Shown here: piece by piece, positions 12,191 to 25,876 of the stretch | How positions within the stretch are numbered: the first letter of the stretch is position 1 | How the letters are laid out: the number at the start of each line of letters is the position of its first letter | Origin: Mobula hypostoma | Lineage: Eukaryota | Length of the DNA: 64,000 bases | Direction of reading: 5' to 3' | NCBI RefSeq assembly: GCF_963921235.1 | Contig: NC_086101.1 | Span: 190,464,001 to 190,528,000, forward strand | Made by a program: the position numbers and the translations under genes | The notes under the pieces: model-generated | What the model saw: the letters and a program-made list of their open reading frames with translations, nothing else | Databases searched by the model: none | Told to the model about the DNA's origin: nothing

Positions 12191-13349
12191 CCTAACTCCA
12201 CGGCCTGGCCAACGCTTCCTTTCTCATTATTTGACCCCTGATCCCAACCTCTCCCCACCAGCCAGGGGCCATAAGACATAGCAAGAGAATTCGGCCATTC
12301 AGCCCATCAAGTCTGCGCCAATATTCCATCATAGCTGATTCCATAGATGTGTGGGGAAGAGTATATTGACTGGCCGCGTCACAGCCTGGCGCGGAAACAC
12401 CAATGCCCTTGAATGGAAAACCCTACACAAAGTAGCAGATCAGCCCAGTCCATCACGGGTAAAGCCCCTTCCCACCATTAAGCACATCTATACAATACGA
12501 TGTCGCAGCCTTCTATCATCAAGTAACCACCCCCCCACTACCACCCAGGCCTATGCTCTCTTCTCACTGCTGTCATCGGGAAGAAGGTACGGGAGCTCAG
12601 GACCCACACCGCCACATTCAGGAGCAGTTATTACCCCCTCAATCATCAGGCTCTTGAACCAAAGAGAATAACTTCACTCAACTTTACTCACCCATCGCTG
12701 AACTGTTCCCACCAACAATGGATGCCCTTTCAGGGACTCTGCATCCTAACCCCAACACTTACTGCTTATTTATATTTTATTACTTTTTTTCTGTTTTATA
12801 TTTGCACAGTTTGTTGTAATTTGCACATTGGTTGTTTGTCCGTCCTGTTGGGAGTGGTCTGTCATTGATTTTATTGTGTTCTTGGATTTACTGTATACTG
12901 TATGCCTGCAAGGAAACAAATCTCAGGGTTGTATAGGGTAACATATACATACTCTGATAATAAATTTACTTTGTACTTCGTACTCACAACTCCATTCTCT
13001 TGTCTTCTCCTTGTAATCTTTGACACCCTTACTCATCAAGAATTTATCAACCTCCACTTTAAAGATACCCAAAGACTTGGCTTCCACATCCATCTGTGGC
13101 TATGAATTCCACAGATTCACCACCCTCTGGCTAAAGAAATTCCTCCTCATCTCTGTTCTAAACGAACATCTTTCTATCGGATGTGCCCTCTTGTCCTTGA
13201 CTCCCCCACTATAGAAAACATCCTCTCCATGTTCCTCTACTATAGGAAATATCCTCTCCATGTCCACTCTAAATAATTGATAGGTTTCAATGAGATTCCC
13301 CCCTTCTAAACTCCAGCTGAGTACAGGCCCAGAGCCATCAGTACATCAG

Positions 13350-14200
13350 CCGTAGTGCAGGGCTATGATAGGAAACTTTGTCACATGGTGTGAGCAGAAT
13401 TATCTGCAGCTTAATGTGAAAAAGACTAAGGAGCTGGTGGTAGACCTGAGGAGAGCTAAGTCACCGGTGACCCCTGTTTCCATCCAGGGGGTCAGTGTGG
13501 ACATGGTGGAGGATTACAAATACCTGGGGATACAAATTGACAATAAACTGGACTGGTCAAAGAACACTGAGGCTGTCTACAAGAAGGGTCAGAGCTGTCT
13601 CTACTTCCTGAGGAGACTGAGGTCCTTTAACATCTGTCGGACGATGCTGAGGATGTTCTACGAGTCTGTGGTGGCCAGTGCAATCATGTTTGCTGTTGTG
13701 TGCTGGGGCAGCAGGCTGAGGGTAGCAGACACCAACAGAATCAACAAACTCATTCGTAAGGCCAGTGATGTTGTGGGGATGGAACTGGACTCTCTCACGG
13801 TGGTGTCTGAAAAGAGGATGCTGTCCAAGTTGCATGCCATCTTGGACAATGTCTCCCTTCAACTACATAATGTACTGGGTAGGCACAGGAGTTCATTCAG
13901 CCAGAGACTCATTCCACCGAGATGCAACACAGAGCGTCATAGGAAGTCATTCCTGCCTGTGGCCATCAAACTTTACAACTCCTCCCTTGGAGGGTCAGAC
14001 ACCCTGAGCCAATAGGCTGGTCCTGGACATTTATCCTGGCATAATTTACATATTACTATTTAATTATTTATGGTTTTATATTGCTATATTTATATTCTAT
14101 TCTTGGTTGGGGCAACTGTAATGAAAATCAGTTTCCCTCGGGATCAGTAAAGTATGACTATGACTATGACTATGACTATGACTATGACTATGACTATGAC
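13350..14200 (+). mobile_element. Rex1/Babar-like LINE 3' copy with (GACTAT)n tail, nested in a minus-strand CR1 fragment
   Basis: 216-aa ORF NFVTWCEQNYLQLNVKKTKELVVD...YKYLG...LYFLRRLRSF; hexamer tail 14155-14200; the CR1 fragment resumes after it. Confidence 0.85.
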
Positions 14201-14879
14201 AATGATCAGACGCCCCTCACGTGTCCTTTCATTCCTGGAATCATTCTCATGAACCTCCTCTGGACCCTCTCCAATGTTAGCACATCCTTTCCTAGATAAA
14301 GGGCTCAAAACTGCTCACAATACTCCAAGTCTGACCAATGCCTCAGAAAGCCTCAGCATTACATCCCACATTCTAGCCCTCAGTAAACAAGGACCAAAGT
14401 AGGTCATGGTGAATTTTAACAGTGGAATAAAATAAGAGATTGCTGGGAACTTGGAGACTTTCCCCAAGCTTTCCCTCATACTCCAAGCACGTGCTTGAGA
14501 GGAGTCTTTTGCAGTTCTACACGCAGACCGAGGCTGCCCGTGGAGTGATGCACCCCTTCACATCCGTCGTACCAATGCCCCTCACTCACTGAACATAGAA
14601 CAGTCACAAACAAGAGAAAATCTGCAGATGCTGAAAATCTGAGCGACACACACAAAATGCCGGAGGAACTCAGCAGGCCAGGCAGCGTCTATGGGAAAGA
14701 GTATAGCCGATGTTTCAGGCCGAGACCCTTCATCAGGACTGGAACACAGTTGAAGCATTCCTGTGCGGGTCTGGAGCAGAGCTTGAAAAACCCAGTCCCC
14801 ATAAAAGAGAGATACCGCCTAGTGGAGTGCCCATCATGGAAGTGTTCTGAGTCAGAATGGTCAGGCTTTGGCAAGAACA

Positions 14880-17800
14880 GGCGAAGGCAAGGTAAGTTTA
14901 TTTCCTTTTCTTATTTAACTCTTGAAAGTATAGGGGGTATGTCTGCAGGGTCAGTGTTTTGTTCTGGGTGTCAGATGTGGGATTTCCAGGAGACATTCCG
15001 CCTCCCTGATGGCCACATCTGCGCCAGGTGCATGGAGGAGCAGTTCCTTAGGGACAATGCTAAGGAACCAGAGCTGCAATTCGATGACCTTCGGCTTGTT
15101 AGGAAAAATAAGGGGATGATAGACAGGAGTTACAGGGAGATAGTCACCTGAAGACTACAGGAGATAGATACATGGGTGACTGTGAAGAGAGGGAAAGGAA
15201 AACGTCAGATAGTGGACAGCACCCCTGTGACCGCCCCCTCAACAATAAGTACTCCATTTTGAGTACTGTGTACCTGAGGGAAGCAACAGTGGCTGTGCCT
15301 CTGGGACTGAGACTGGCCCTGTGGCTCAGATGGGTAGGGAATGGAAGAGGATAGCAGCAGTAATAGGGGGCTCTATAGTTAGGGGACAAATAGGCAATTC
15401 TGTGGACGCAAAAAAGAAACACGAATGGTAGTTTGCCTCCCAGGTGCCAGGGTCTGAGATGTTTCTGAACATGTCCACAATATCCTGAAAAGGGAAGGTG
15501 AACAGCCAGAGGCCATGGTACATATTGGAACCAACAATATAGGTAGGAAGAGGGAGGAAGTCCTGAAAACAGACTACAGGGAGTTAAGAAAGAAGCTGAG
15601 AAGCAGGACCTCGAGGGTGGTAACCTCAGGATTATTTCCTGTGGCACGCCACAGTGAGGATTGGAATAGAATGAGGTGGCAGATAAATGCGAGGCTGAAG
15701 AATTGGAGTAGGGGGCAGGGATTCAGATTTCTGGATCACTGGAACCTCTTCTGGGGTAGGTGTGACTTTTTCAAACGGGATGGATAGCATTTGAATCCGA
15801 GGGGTCCAATATTGGGAGTGGTTTAAACTAATTTGGCAGAAGGGTGGGAACCAGTATGATAGAGCTGAGGATGAGCCAGCAGGTTTACAAGTAGATGATG
15901 TCATCTGTAATATGAATGTAGGGGACAAGCCATTGATGGGGTACAAATGCAGACAGTGCAAAGAGTTAAGTTGTACCACAGTTAAAAATTCAAAAGGGCG
16001 AAGAATGCAGGACTGAAGGTGACTGTCAGGAGAGGGAAGGGGAATAGACAGAATGAGCAGAGCACCCCTGTGGCCGATCCCATCAATAATAAGTACATCA
16101 TTTTGGATACTGTTGATGGGGATGACCTACCAGGGACAAGTTGCAGTGGTTGCGTCTCTGGCACCGAGACAGGACCCTCAGCTCAGAAGGGAAGGAGGGA
16201 AAAGAGGAGAGCAGTAGTGATAGGGGATTTGATAGTTAGGGGGACAGATAAGAGGTTCAGTGAAAGAGATCGAGAATTTTGGATGGTCGGTTGCCTCCCT
16301 GGTGCTGGTCCACGATATCTTGGATCGAGTTCTAGGTATTCTCAAGAGGGAGGGTGAACAGCTGGATGTCGTGGTCCATGTAGGGACCAATGACGTGGGT
16401 AGGAAGAGTGAGGAAGTCCTGAAAGGTGAGTTTAGGGAGTTAGGCGCCAAGTTAAAGAACAGGACCTCCAGGATAGCAATCTCAGGATTGCTACCAGTGC
16501 CACGTGCAGGCGGGTTTAGAAATAGTAAGGTAGCTCAGATCAACACGTGGCTGAAGACATGGTGCAGGAGGGAGGGCTTCAGATTTATCGATAATTGGGC
16601 AGTTTTCCAGGGAAGGTGGGACTTGTTCCGGCAGGACGGTTTACATCTGAACTGGAGGGGGACAAATATTCTTGCAGGTAGGTTTGCTAGAGAGGCTCTG
16701 GTGGATTTAAACTAGATACAAGGGGGGAGGGGAACTATAGTGTAGGAACAGATGTAGGGGAGAAGGAAGAAAAAGAAAATAGTAAAGTTGTTTGCACTGT
16801 TAGTGTTAAACAGAGAGTAAGAGGTGGAAAATTTCTTAAATGCATTTATTTTAATGCCAGGAGCATTATAAGAAAGGTGGAGAGCTTAAAGTATGGATTG
16901 ATACCTGGAAGTATGATGTGGTAGCAATTAGTGAAACATGGTTACAGGAGGGGTGTGATTGGCAGCTAAATATTACTGGATTTAAGTGCTTCAGGTGTGA
17001 TAGAATCGGAGGGACAAGAGGGGGAGGTGTTGCATTGCTTGTCAGAGAAAATATTACAGCGGTGCTCTGGCAGGATAGATTAGAGGGCTCGTCTAGAGAG
17101 GCTACTTGGGTGGAACTGAGGAATGAGAAAGGTGCAGTAACACTTATAGGGGTATATTATAGACCCCAAATGGGGAGCGAGAATTGAAGGAGGAAATTTG
17201 TAAGGAGATAGCAGATATCTGTAGTAAGCACAAGGTCGTGATTGTGGGAGATGTTAATTTTTCACACATAGACTGGGAAGCCCATATTGTAAAAGGGCTG
17301 GATGGTCTGGAGTTTGAAAAATGTGTGCAGGATAGTTTTTTGCTGCAATACATTGAGGTACCAAATAGAGAAGGGGAAGTGTTGGTTTTCCTGTTAGGGA
17401 ATGAGATAGGTCAGGTCACGGAGGTATGTGTTGGGGAGCACTTCGGGTCCAGTGATCACAATGCCATTAGTTTCAATGTAATTATGGAGAAGGATAGATC
17501 TGGACCGAGGGTTGAGATTTTTGATCGGAGAAAGGCTAACTTTGAGATACAAAAGGATTCAGAAGGAGTGGATTGGGACAATTTGTTTTATGGGAAGAAT
17601 GTAACAGAGAAATGGAGGTCATTTAAAGGTGAAATTTTGAGGGTACAAAATCATTATGTTCCTGTTCGGTTGAAAAGAAAGGTTAAAAGTTTGAGAGAGC
17701 CATGGTTTTCAAGGGATATTGGAAACTTGGTTCAGAAAAAGAGAGATATCTACAATAAATATAGGCAGCATGGAGTAAATGAGGTGCTCGAGGAACATAA

Positions 17801-20800
17801 AGAATGTAAAATGAATCTTAAGAAAGGAATCAGAAAAGCTAAAAGAAGATATGAGGTTGCTTTGGCAAGTAAGGTGAAAATAAATCCCAAGGGTTTCTAC
17901 AGTTACATTAATAGCGAAAGGACAGCGAGGGATAAAATTGGTCCTGTAGAGAATCAGAGTGGATGGCTATGTGTGGAGTCAAAAGAGAAAGAGGAGATTC
18001 TGAACAATTTCTTTTCTTCGGTATTCACTAAGGAGAAGGATATTGAATTGTGTAAGATAAAGGAAACAGGTAGAGAAGTTATGGAAATTATGATGATTAA
18101 AGAACAGGAAGTACTGACACTTTTAAGGAATATAAAAGTGGATAAGTCTCCGGGTCCTGACAGGATATTCCCTAGGACCTTGAGGGAAGTTAGTGTAGAA
18201 ATAGCAGGGGCTCTGACAGACATATTTCAAATGTCATTAGAAACAGGGATGGTGCCGGAGGATTGGCGTATTGCTCATGTTGTTCCATTGTTTTAAAAGG
18301 GTTCTAAGAGTAAACCTAGCAATTATCGGCCTGTGAGTTTGATGTCAGTGGTGGGTAAATTGATGGAAAGTATTCTTAGAGATGGTATATATCATTATCT
18401 GGATAGACAGGGTCTGATTGGGAACAGTCAACATGGATTTGTGCGTGGAAGGTCATGTTTGACAAATCTTATTGAATTTTTTGAAGAGGTTACTAGGAAA
18501 GTTGATGAGGGTAAAGCGGTGGATGTTGTCTATATGGACTTCAGTAAGGCCTTTGACAAGGTTCCACACGGAAGGTTAGTTAGGAAGTTTCAAACGTTAG
18601 GCATTAATATTGAAGTAGTAAAATGGATTCAGCGGTGGTTGGACGGGAGACACCAGAGAGTAGTGGTGGAAACTGTTTGTCAGATTGGAGGCCAGTGACT
18701 AGTGGTGTGCCTTAGGGATCTGTACTGGGTCCAATGTTGTTTATCATATACATTAATGATCTGGATGATGGGGTGGTAAATTGGAGTAGTAAGTATGCAG
18801 ATGATATTAAGATAGGTGGAGTTGTGGATAATGAAGTAGGCTTTCAAAGCTTGCAGAGAGATTTAGGACAGTTAGAAGAGTGGGCTGAAAGATGGCAGAT
18901 GGAGTCTAATGCTGATAAATGTGAGGTGCTACATTTTGGTAGGACTAATCAAAATAGGACATACATGGTAAATGGTAAGGCACTGAAGAATGCAGTAGAA
19001 CAGAGGGAGCTAGGAATAATGGTGCATAGTTCCCTGAAGATGGAATCTCATGTGGATAGGGTGGTGAAGAAAGCTTTTGGTATGCTGGCCTTTATAAATC
19101 AGAGCATTGAGTATAGGAGTTGGGATGTAATGTTGAAATTGTACAAGGCATTGGTAAGGCCAAATTTGGAGTATTGTGTACAGTTATGGTCAGCAAATTA
19201 TAGGAAAGATGTCAACCAAATCAAGAGAGTACAGAGAAGATTTACTAGATTTACTAGATTTACCTGGGTTTCATCACCTAAGTTACAGAGAAAAAACAAG
19301 TTGGGTCTCTGTTCTTTGGAAAGTAGAATGTTGAGTGGGGACTTGATAGAGGTAGTTAAAATTATGAGGGGGACAGATAAAGTTGACGTGGATAGGCTTT
19401 TTCCATTGAGAGTGAGGGAGATTCAAACAAGAGGACATGAGTTGAGAGTTAAAGGGCAAAAGTTTAGGGGTAACATGAGGGGGAACTTCTTTACTCAGAG
19501 AGTGGTGGCTGTGTGGAACGAGCTTCCAGCAGAAGTGGTTGAGGCAGGTTTGATGTTGTCGTTTAAAGTTAAATTGGATAGCTATATGGACAGGATAGGA
19601 ATAAAGGGTTATGGGCTGAGTGCAGGTCGGTGGAACTAGGTGAGAGTAAGAGTTCAGCACGGACTAGAAGGGCTGAGATGGCCTGTTTCCGTGCTGTAAT
19701 TGTTATATGGTTATATATGGTTATTTAAATGTAGGCAGTATTCAGAATAAAGTGGACGAACTCGTGGTGCAATTACAGATTGGTCAGTATGACGTTGTGG
19801 GCATTACTGAGTCATGGCTGAAAGAAGGACAGGCAGGAGGGCATAGGCTCTGTTGGTAAGAGATGGAATTACATCTTTAGAAAGAGGTTACATAGGGTCA
19901 GAGAATGTCGAATCTTGTTGGTGCAAGGGTGAAAAAAGATTATGGGAATCATATATAGGTCTCCAAATAGTAGCCAAAATGTGGGGTTGAGATTGCAAAC
20001 GGAGCTGGAAAAGGTAATAAGGGTAATGTCACAATTATAATGGGGGACTTCAATATGCAAGGGGATTGGGAAAATCAGGTTGGTGTCAGACCGCGAGAGG
20101 GGGAATCTGTCTACGAAATGGCTTTTTTTACTACAGCTTGTGCTTGAGCCTACTCAGGGAAGGCTATCTGAGACTGGGTGTTGTGTGATAACCCGAATTT
20201 TACTAGGGAGTTTAAGGTAAAGAAATACTTGGGAGGCAATGATCATAATATGATTGAATTCATACTGCAGTTTGAGAGGGGAAAGCTAAGGCAGACGGAG
20301 TAAAGGGAATAACAGAGGCACAGAGAGGAGCTTGCCCAGGTGGAATGGAGGGGAATACTGGCAGGGATGACAGCAGGGATAAGAAGTTTTCTAGTAATAG
20401 TTCACAAAATGCAGGATAGGTATGTCCCACAGAGGAAGAAGTTCTCAAATGGCAGTGCTAGGCAACAGTGGCTGACAAGGGAAGTTAAGGACTGCATAAA
20501 AGCCAAGGAAAGGACATATAATCTAGCAAAAGTGAGTGGGAAGTTGGATGATTGGAAAGTTTTTAAAATTCAACAAAAGGCAACTAAAAAATGCCTAAAG
20601 GGAAAAGATGAAATATGAGGGGAAACTAGCCAATAATATAAAGCAGGATACCAAAAGTTTTTTCAGTTATATAGAGAGTAAAAGGGAGGTGAGAGTTGAT
20701 ATTGGACTGGAAAATGATGCTGCTGAGGTAGTAATGGGGATAAAGAAATGGCAGATGAATTTAAATTGTACTTTGCATCAGTCTTCACTGTGGAAGACAC

Positions 20801-22575
20801 TAGCAGTGTACCAGAGGTCTGTGAGTGTCAGGGAGCAGGAGTGAGTGCCATTGCTATTACAAAGGAGAAAGTGCAAGGCAAACTGAAAAGTCTTAAGGTG
20901 GATAAGTCACCTGGACCAGATGGACTACACCCCAGAGTCCTGAGAGAGGTTGCTGAAGAGATAACAGATGCGTTGGTCATGATCTTTCAACAATCACTTG
21001 ATTCTGGCATGGTTCCAGAGGACTGGAAGATTGCAAATCTCTCTCCGCTCTTTAAGAAGGGAGGAAGGCAAAAGAAAGGAAATTATAGGCCAGTTAGCCT
21101 AACCTCAGTGGTTGGGAACGTGTTAGAGTCCATTATTAAGGATGAGGTTTCAAGGTACTTCGAGACTAATAATAAAATAAGTCAAAGTCAGCATGGTTTC
21201 TGTAAAGCGAAATCTTGCCTGACAAATCTTTTAGAGTTCTTTGAGGAAGTAACAAGCAGGGTGGACAAAGGAGAGGCAGTCGATGTCATTTACTTGGACT
21301 TTCAGAAGGCATTTAATAAGGTGCCACACATGAGACTACTTAACGAGATGAAATCCTATAGCATTACAGGAAAGATATTGACATGGATAGAGGAATGGCT
21401 GACAGGCAGAAACAGCCAGTGGGAATAAAAAGGGCCTTTTCTGCTTGGCTGCCAATGACTAGTGATGTTCCTCAGGGGACAGTTTTGGGACTGCTACTTG
21501 CCACATTGTTTGTCAGTGATTTAGATGACGAAATTGATGGCTTTGTTGCAAAGTTTGCAGATGATACAGAAGTAGGCGGAGGGGGTAGGAAGTGCTGAGG
21601 AAGCCATGCATTTGCAGAAGGACCTGGACAAATTGGAAGAATGGGCAAAAAAGTGGTAGATGGAGCAAATGTGTGGACTATTATCTAAATGGGGAGAAAA
21701 TTCAGAGGTGCAAAAGGACTTAGGAGTCCTCATGCAAGACTCCCAGCAGGTTGAGCCTGTGGTAAAGAAGGCAAATGCAATGTGGCATTTATTTCAGGGG
21801 TAACAGAATATAAAAGCAAGGAGATATTGCTGAGGCTTTATATGACACCGGTCAGGCCACACTTTGTCAACAGATTTGGGGCCCATATCTCAAAAAGGAT
21901 GTGCTGTCATTGGAGAGAGTCCAGAGGATGCTCATGAGGATGATCCTGGGAATGAAGGGGCTAACATATGTGGAGCATTTGACAGCTTTGGGCCTGTTCG
22001 CACTGGAACTTAGAAGAATGCAGAAGGATCTCATTGAAACCTAATGAATGTTGGAAGTGCTAGATAAGGTTGATATGAAGAGGACATCTCCTCTGGTGGG
22101 GGAGTCTAAGATTAGAGCAGACAACCTCAGAATACAGGGATGTACATTTAGAATGGTGATGAGGAGTAAGTTCTTTAGATAGAGAGTGGTGAAACTGTGG
22201 AATTTGTTGCCACATGCGCTGTGGAGGCCAAGTCATTGGGTATATTTAAGGCAGGTGTTGATACATTCTTAATTAGAACTAGAGGGTACTGGCTCGAAAT
22301 TGTTGGGCAATCCTTTAGAACCGAAGTAAGGAGGAATTTTCTAGCCAGAGAGCAGTGAATCTGGGGAATGCTCTGTCACGGACTGCTGTAGAGGCGAAGA
22401 CTGTAGGTACATTCAAGGCAAAAATTGATAGTTTCCTGATTTGTCGGGGCATCAAAGGTTATGGCAAGAAGTCATATGTAAGGGGTTGAGTGGGATCTGG
22501 GATCAGCCATGATGGAATGATGGAGCAGACTAGATGGGCTGAATGGCCTGATTTGGCTCCTATGTCTTATGGTCT
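14880..22575 (+). mobile_element. Degenerate CR1 (host copy): ORF1 14880-15870; ORF2 interrupted at about 16020 and resuming at about 19730
   Basis: ORF1 CSGC..C zinc-finger-like and SGNH-esterase motifs (VHIGTNN); ORF2 start KNAGLKV | LNVGSIQNKVDEL...GITESWL; RT fragments (SQHGFCKAKSCLTNLLEFFEEV); 3' tail tcttatgg. Confidence 0.8.
16020..19725 (+). mobile_element. CR1 nested in CR1: partial ORF1 (SGNH esterase) + frameshifted EN/RT ORF2
   Basis: VVHVGTNDVG...DGLHLN; ISETWL, GVYYRP, GSSDHN, SQHGFVRGRSCLTNL, KYADD; tail (gttatat)n. Confidence 0.9.
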
Positions 22576-22579
22576 AAAA

Positions 22580-24835
22580 GATGAGCAGTCAGAGTAAGGG
22601 GGGGGTGGGGTGGGAAGAGAGAAAGACATAGGGTGATAGGTGAAACAGGTGAAGTCAAGAGCTGGGAAGTAAATTGGTGCAAGAGATATGGGGCTGGAAA
22701 AGGGGGAATCTGATAGGAGAGGACAGAAGGCCATGGAAGAAAGAAAAGGGGGGAGGAGCACCAGAGGGAGGTGATGGGCAGGTAATGAGATAAGGTGAGA
22801 GAGGGAAATGGGAATGCAGAATGGTGATGGTGGGGGGTGGGGAAGGCTTTACAGAAAGTTCAAGAAATCGATGTTTGGGCCATCAGATTGGTGGCCACCC
22901 AGACAGACTATAATGTGTTGTTTCTCTAACGTGTGTGGCCTCATCATGACCATAAAGGGGACCATGGACTGATGTGTCAGAATGGGAATGGGAAATGGAA
23001 TTAAAATGGCTGGCCACTTGGAAATTCTGCGTTTTCTGGCGGGTGGAGCATAGGTGCCCGGTGAAGCGGTCTCCCACTCTGTATCAAGTCGCACTGAAAT
23101 ACAGGAGACCACGCCAGGAGCAGCAGATACAGTAGATGGCCCCAACACACCACAACTGTCCAGGTAGACCCATTGTTTTTGCTTGTTCCTTCCCCCCTGA
23201 GCTCATATCTGCATGCCCCAACTCAGTCCCCTCCTACCTACATCCATGGCACTTCACATGCTCTTGATCTTTTCAATGATTTCAAGTTCCCTGGCCCCCA
23301 TCATCTTATTTTTACTATGGATGTCCAGTCCTCATACATCCCCATTCCCCACCAGGAAGGCCTCAAAGCTTCTCCATTTCTTTCTGGACACCAGACCCAA
23401 CCAGTTCTGCTTCACCTCTCTCCTCCATTTGTCGGAACTTGTCCTGACTCTTAATAATTTCTCCTTCAGCTACACCTCCTTCGAACAAGAAGTGTAACCA
23501 TGGGCACTCACATGGGTCCCAGCTATGCCCGCACCCATGCCAAGCTTGTCAACTTTATTAACTTTGCCTCCAACTTCCACCCTACCCTCAAATTTACCCG
23601 GTCCATTTCCGACACCTCCCTTCCCTTTCTTGATCTCTCTGTCTCTATCTCTGGAGACAGCTTAGCTACTGATGTCTATTATAAATCCACTGACTCCCAC
23701 AGCTACCTGGACTATACCTCTTCCCAACCTGTTACTTGTAAAAATGCCATCCCTGTCTCTAATTCCTCCATATCTGCCATATCTGCTCTCAGGATGAGGC
23801 TTTTCATTCCAGAACTAAGGGGATGTCCACCTTTTTCAAAGAAAGGAGCTTCTCTTTCTCCACCATCAATGCTGCCCTCAACTGCATCTCTTCCATTTTG
23901 TGCACATCTGCCCTCATCCCATCCTCCCACCATGCCACAAGCGATAGGGTTCCTCTTGTCCTCACCTACCACCCCATCTGTCACCGCGTCCAGCACATAA
24001 TTCTCTATAACGTCCATCATCTCCAGCAAGATCCCTCCACCAAGCACATCTTTCTCTCCCCCTACTTTCTGCTGGATTTGCTTCCAGTGCAACCCCCTCC
24101 CCATTGATCTCCCTCCTGGCACTTTTCCCTGCAAGCAGAACAGGTGCTACACCTGCCCTTACACCTCCTCCCTCACCACCATTCAGTCCTTCCAGGTGAG
24201 GTAACATTTCACCTGCGAGTCTGTTGGTACCATCGACTGTATCCGGTGCTGCTGGTGTGGCCCGGGAGACCCGACGCAGATTGGGAGACTGCTTTGTTGA
24301 GAGCCTGTGTTCGGTCTGCCAGAAAAAGTGGATCTCCCAGTGGCTACCCATTTTAATTCCAATTCCCATTCCCATTCCGACATAGACAGTCTGCTGTTGT
24401 GATGAGGCCATACCCAGGTTAGAGGAGCAATATCTTATATTCTGTCTGGGTAGCCTCCAACCTGATGGCATAAGTAAACATCAATTTCTCAAACTTGCCC
24501 CCTACACCATTCCCAGTTCCCTCTCTCACCTATTTCCTTACCTGCCTATTACCTCCCTTTGGTGCTCCTCCCCCTTTTTTCTTCCATGGCCTTCTGTCCT
24601 CTCCTAGCACACTCGACCTTCTCCAGCCCTGTACCTCTTTCACCAATTTACTTCCCAGCTCTTTACTTCACCCCTCCTGGTTTCACCCGTCACCTTGTGG
24701 TTCTTTCTCCCCTCCCCCCAATTTCTTAATCTGACCCCTCATCCTTTCTTCCTGGCCCGAAACATTGACTGTACCCTTTTTCCGGAGATGCTGCCTGGCC
24801 TGCTGAGTTCCTCCAGCATTTTGTGTGCCTTGATT
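22580..24835. mobile_element. Penelope-like retroelement: inverted 3' arm (22580-23150, minus) + RT/GIY-YIG body (23170-24835, plus)
   Basis: IFTMDVQSSY, MGT.MGPSYA, TDVYYKSTDSHSYLDYTSS; GIY-YIG C-terminus ..THFNS..HSH....E.QHL...LG..QPDG on both arms; terminal gatgctgcctggcctgctgagttcctccagc. Confidence 0.8.
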
Positions 24836-25818
24836 GAACATGGAACAGTGTTGTGTCAACCTTTTAACCCATTCCCAGATCGTTCTAAACCTTTCCTCCC
24901 ACATAGCCCTCCATTTTTTCTATCATCCATGTGCCTATCTAAGAGTCTCTTAAATGTCCCTAACTCATCTGCCTCTACCTCGATCCATGGCACCCACACT
25001 CTGTGTAAAAAAAATTACCTCTGACATCCGCCCCCCCCATACCTTCCCCCAATCACCTTAAAATTACGTCGCCTTTTACAAGCCTGGATTGGTTGCTGTG
25101 ATAATAATGGAAACAGGCTGCTTGGTGGAGTTTAAGAAGCTTTTAGATAGACCAATGAATAAGAAGGGGATGGAGGGATACGGGGTGGCCATTTAGTAAA
25201 TAACCAGAGATTCTGCAGATGCTGGAAATCCTGAGCAACACACACACAACACTGGAGGAACTCAGCAGGTCAGGCAGTATCAATGGAGAAGAATAATCAG
25301 TTGACTTTTGGACCTAAACCTTTCATCATGGCTCCTAATATAAATTGGCAGCGGGATCAGCACAACATAGTGAGATGAATGGCCTGTCAGTGTGGTGCTG
25401 CTTTCTGCCCTGTGTTTTAGCAGAGACACAGAGTGGTTTAGAATTCTACAACGCTGAACTCACGGTTCTAATTTGAAACAATTTTTGATCCCACCCCTGT
25501 TGCCCCGAGGATATGTATTTTATCACCGTCTCTCGCCTCAAAGGCAAGAAAAATACGGTCACCACATAACACACATCGTGGGCATGAAAGGGTAACCTTT
25601 ATGCCAGTTCTGTGTGGTGTGTGGCCTTCACGGGTCCTTTAAGTTCTATGTGGAAAGATACGACGGGAATTAAAACGGAGTTGGGGAGCGGGGAGAGAGA
25701 GGGGGAGGGAGAGAGGTTTGGAGGGAGAGAGAGAGAGCGAGATCTTACTTCCTGGTATCCATGTTTAATCTAGTTACCGACCATGAGCCTGAGAGAGAGA
25801 GCGGGGAAAGGAACCTAC

Positions 25819-25876
25819 CTGAGATGAGCACCGCGGCCAGGAGTATTAAGAAGACCAGGAGGGGAGGGAAGGTCAT
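25819..25876 (-). CDS. SIGLEC15-like: Gene A exon 1: signal peptide MTFPPLLVFLILLAAVLIS(G)
   Basis: ATG at 25876, 19 mostly hydrophobic codons plus 1 nt, donor TCAG|gtaggt. Phase 1 joins in frame to the V exon at 8007 (G+GA=Gly). Lies at the edge of a CpG-rich unique island. Implied intron about 17.8 kb. Confidence 0.8.

Noticed and set aside
16260-16715. Stand-alone SGNH/GDSL esterase gene
   Set aside because: It is CR1 ORF1, directly followed by the EN-RT ORF2; homologous remnants occur at about 15.5, 34.5 and 39.2 kb.
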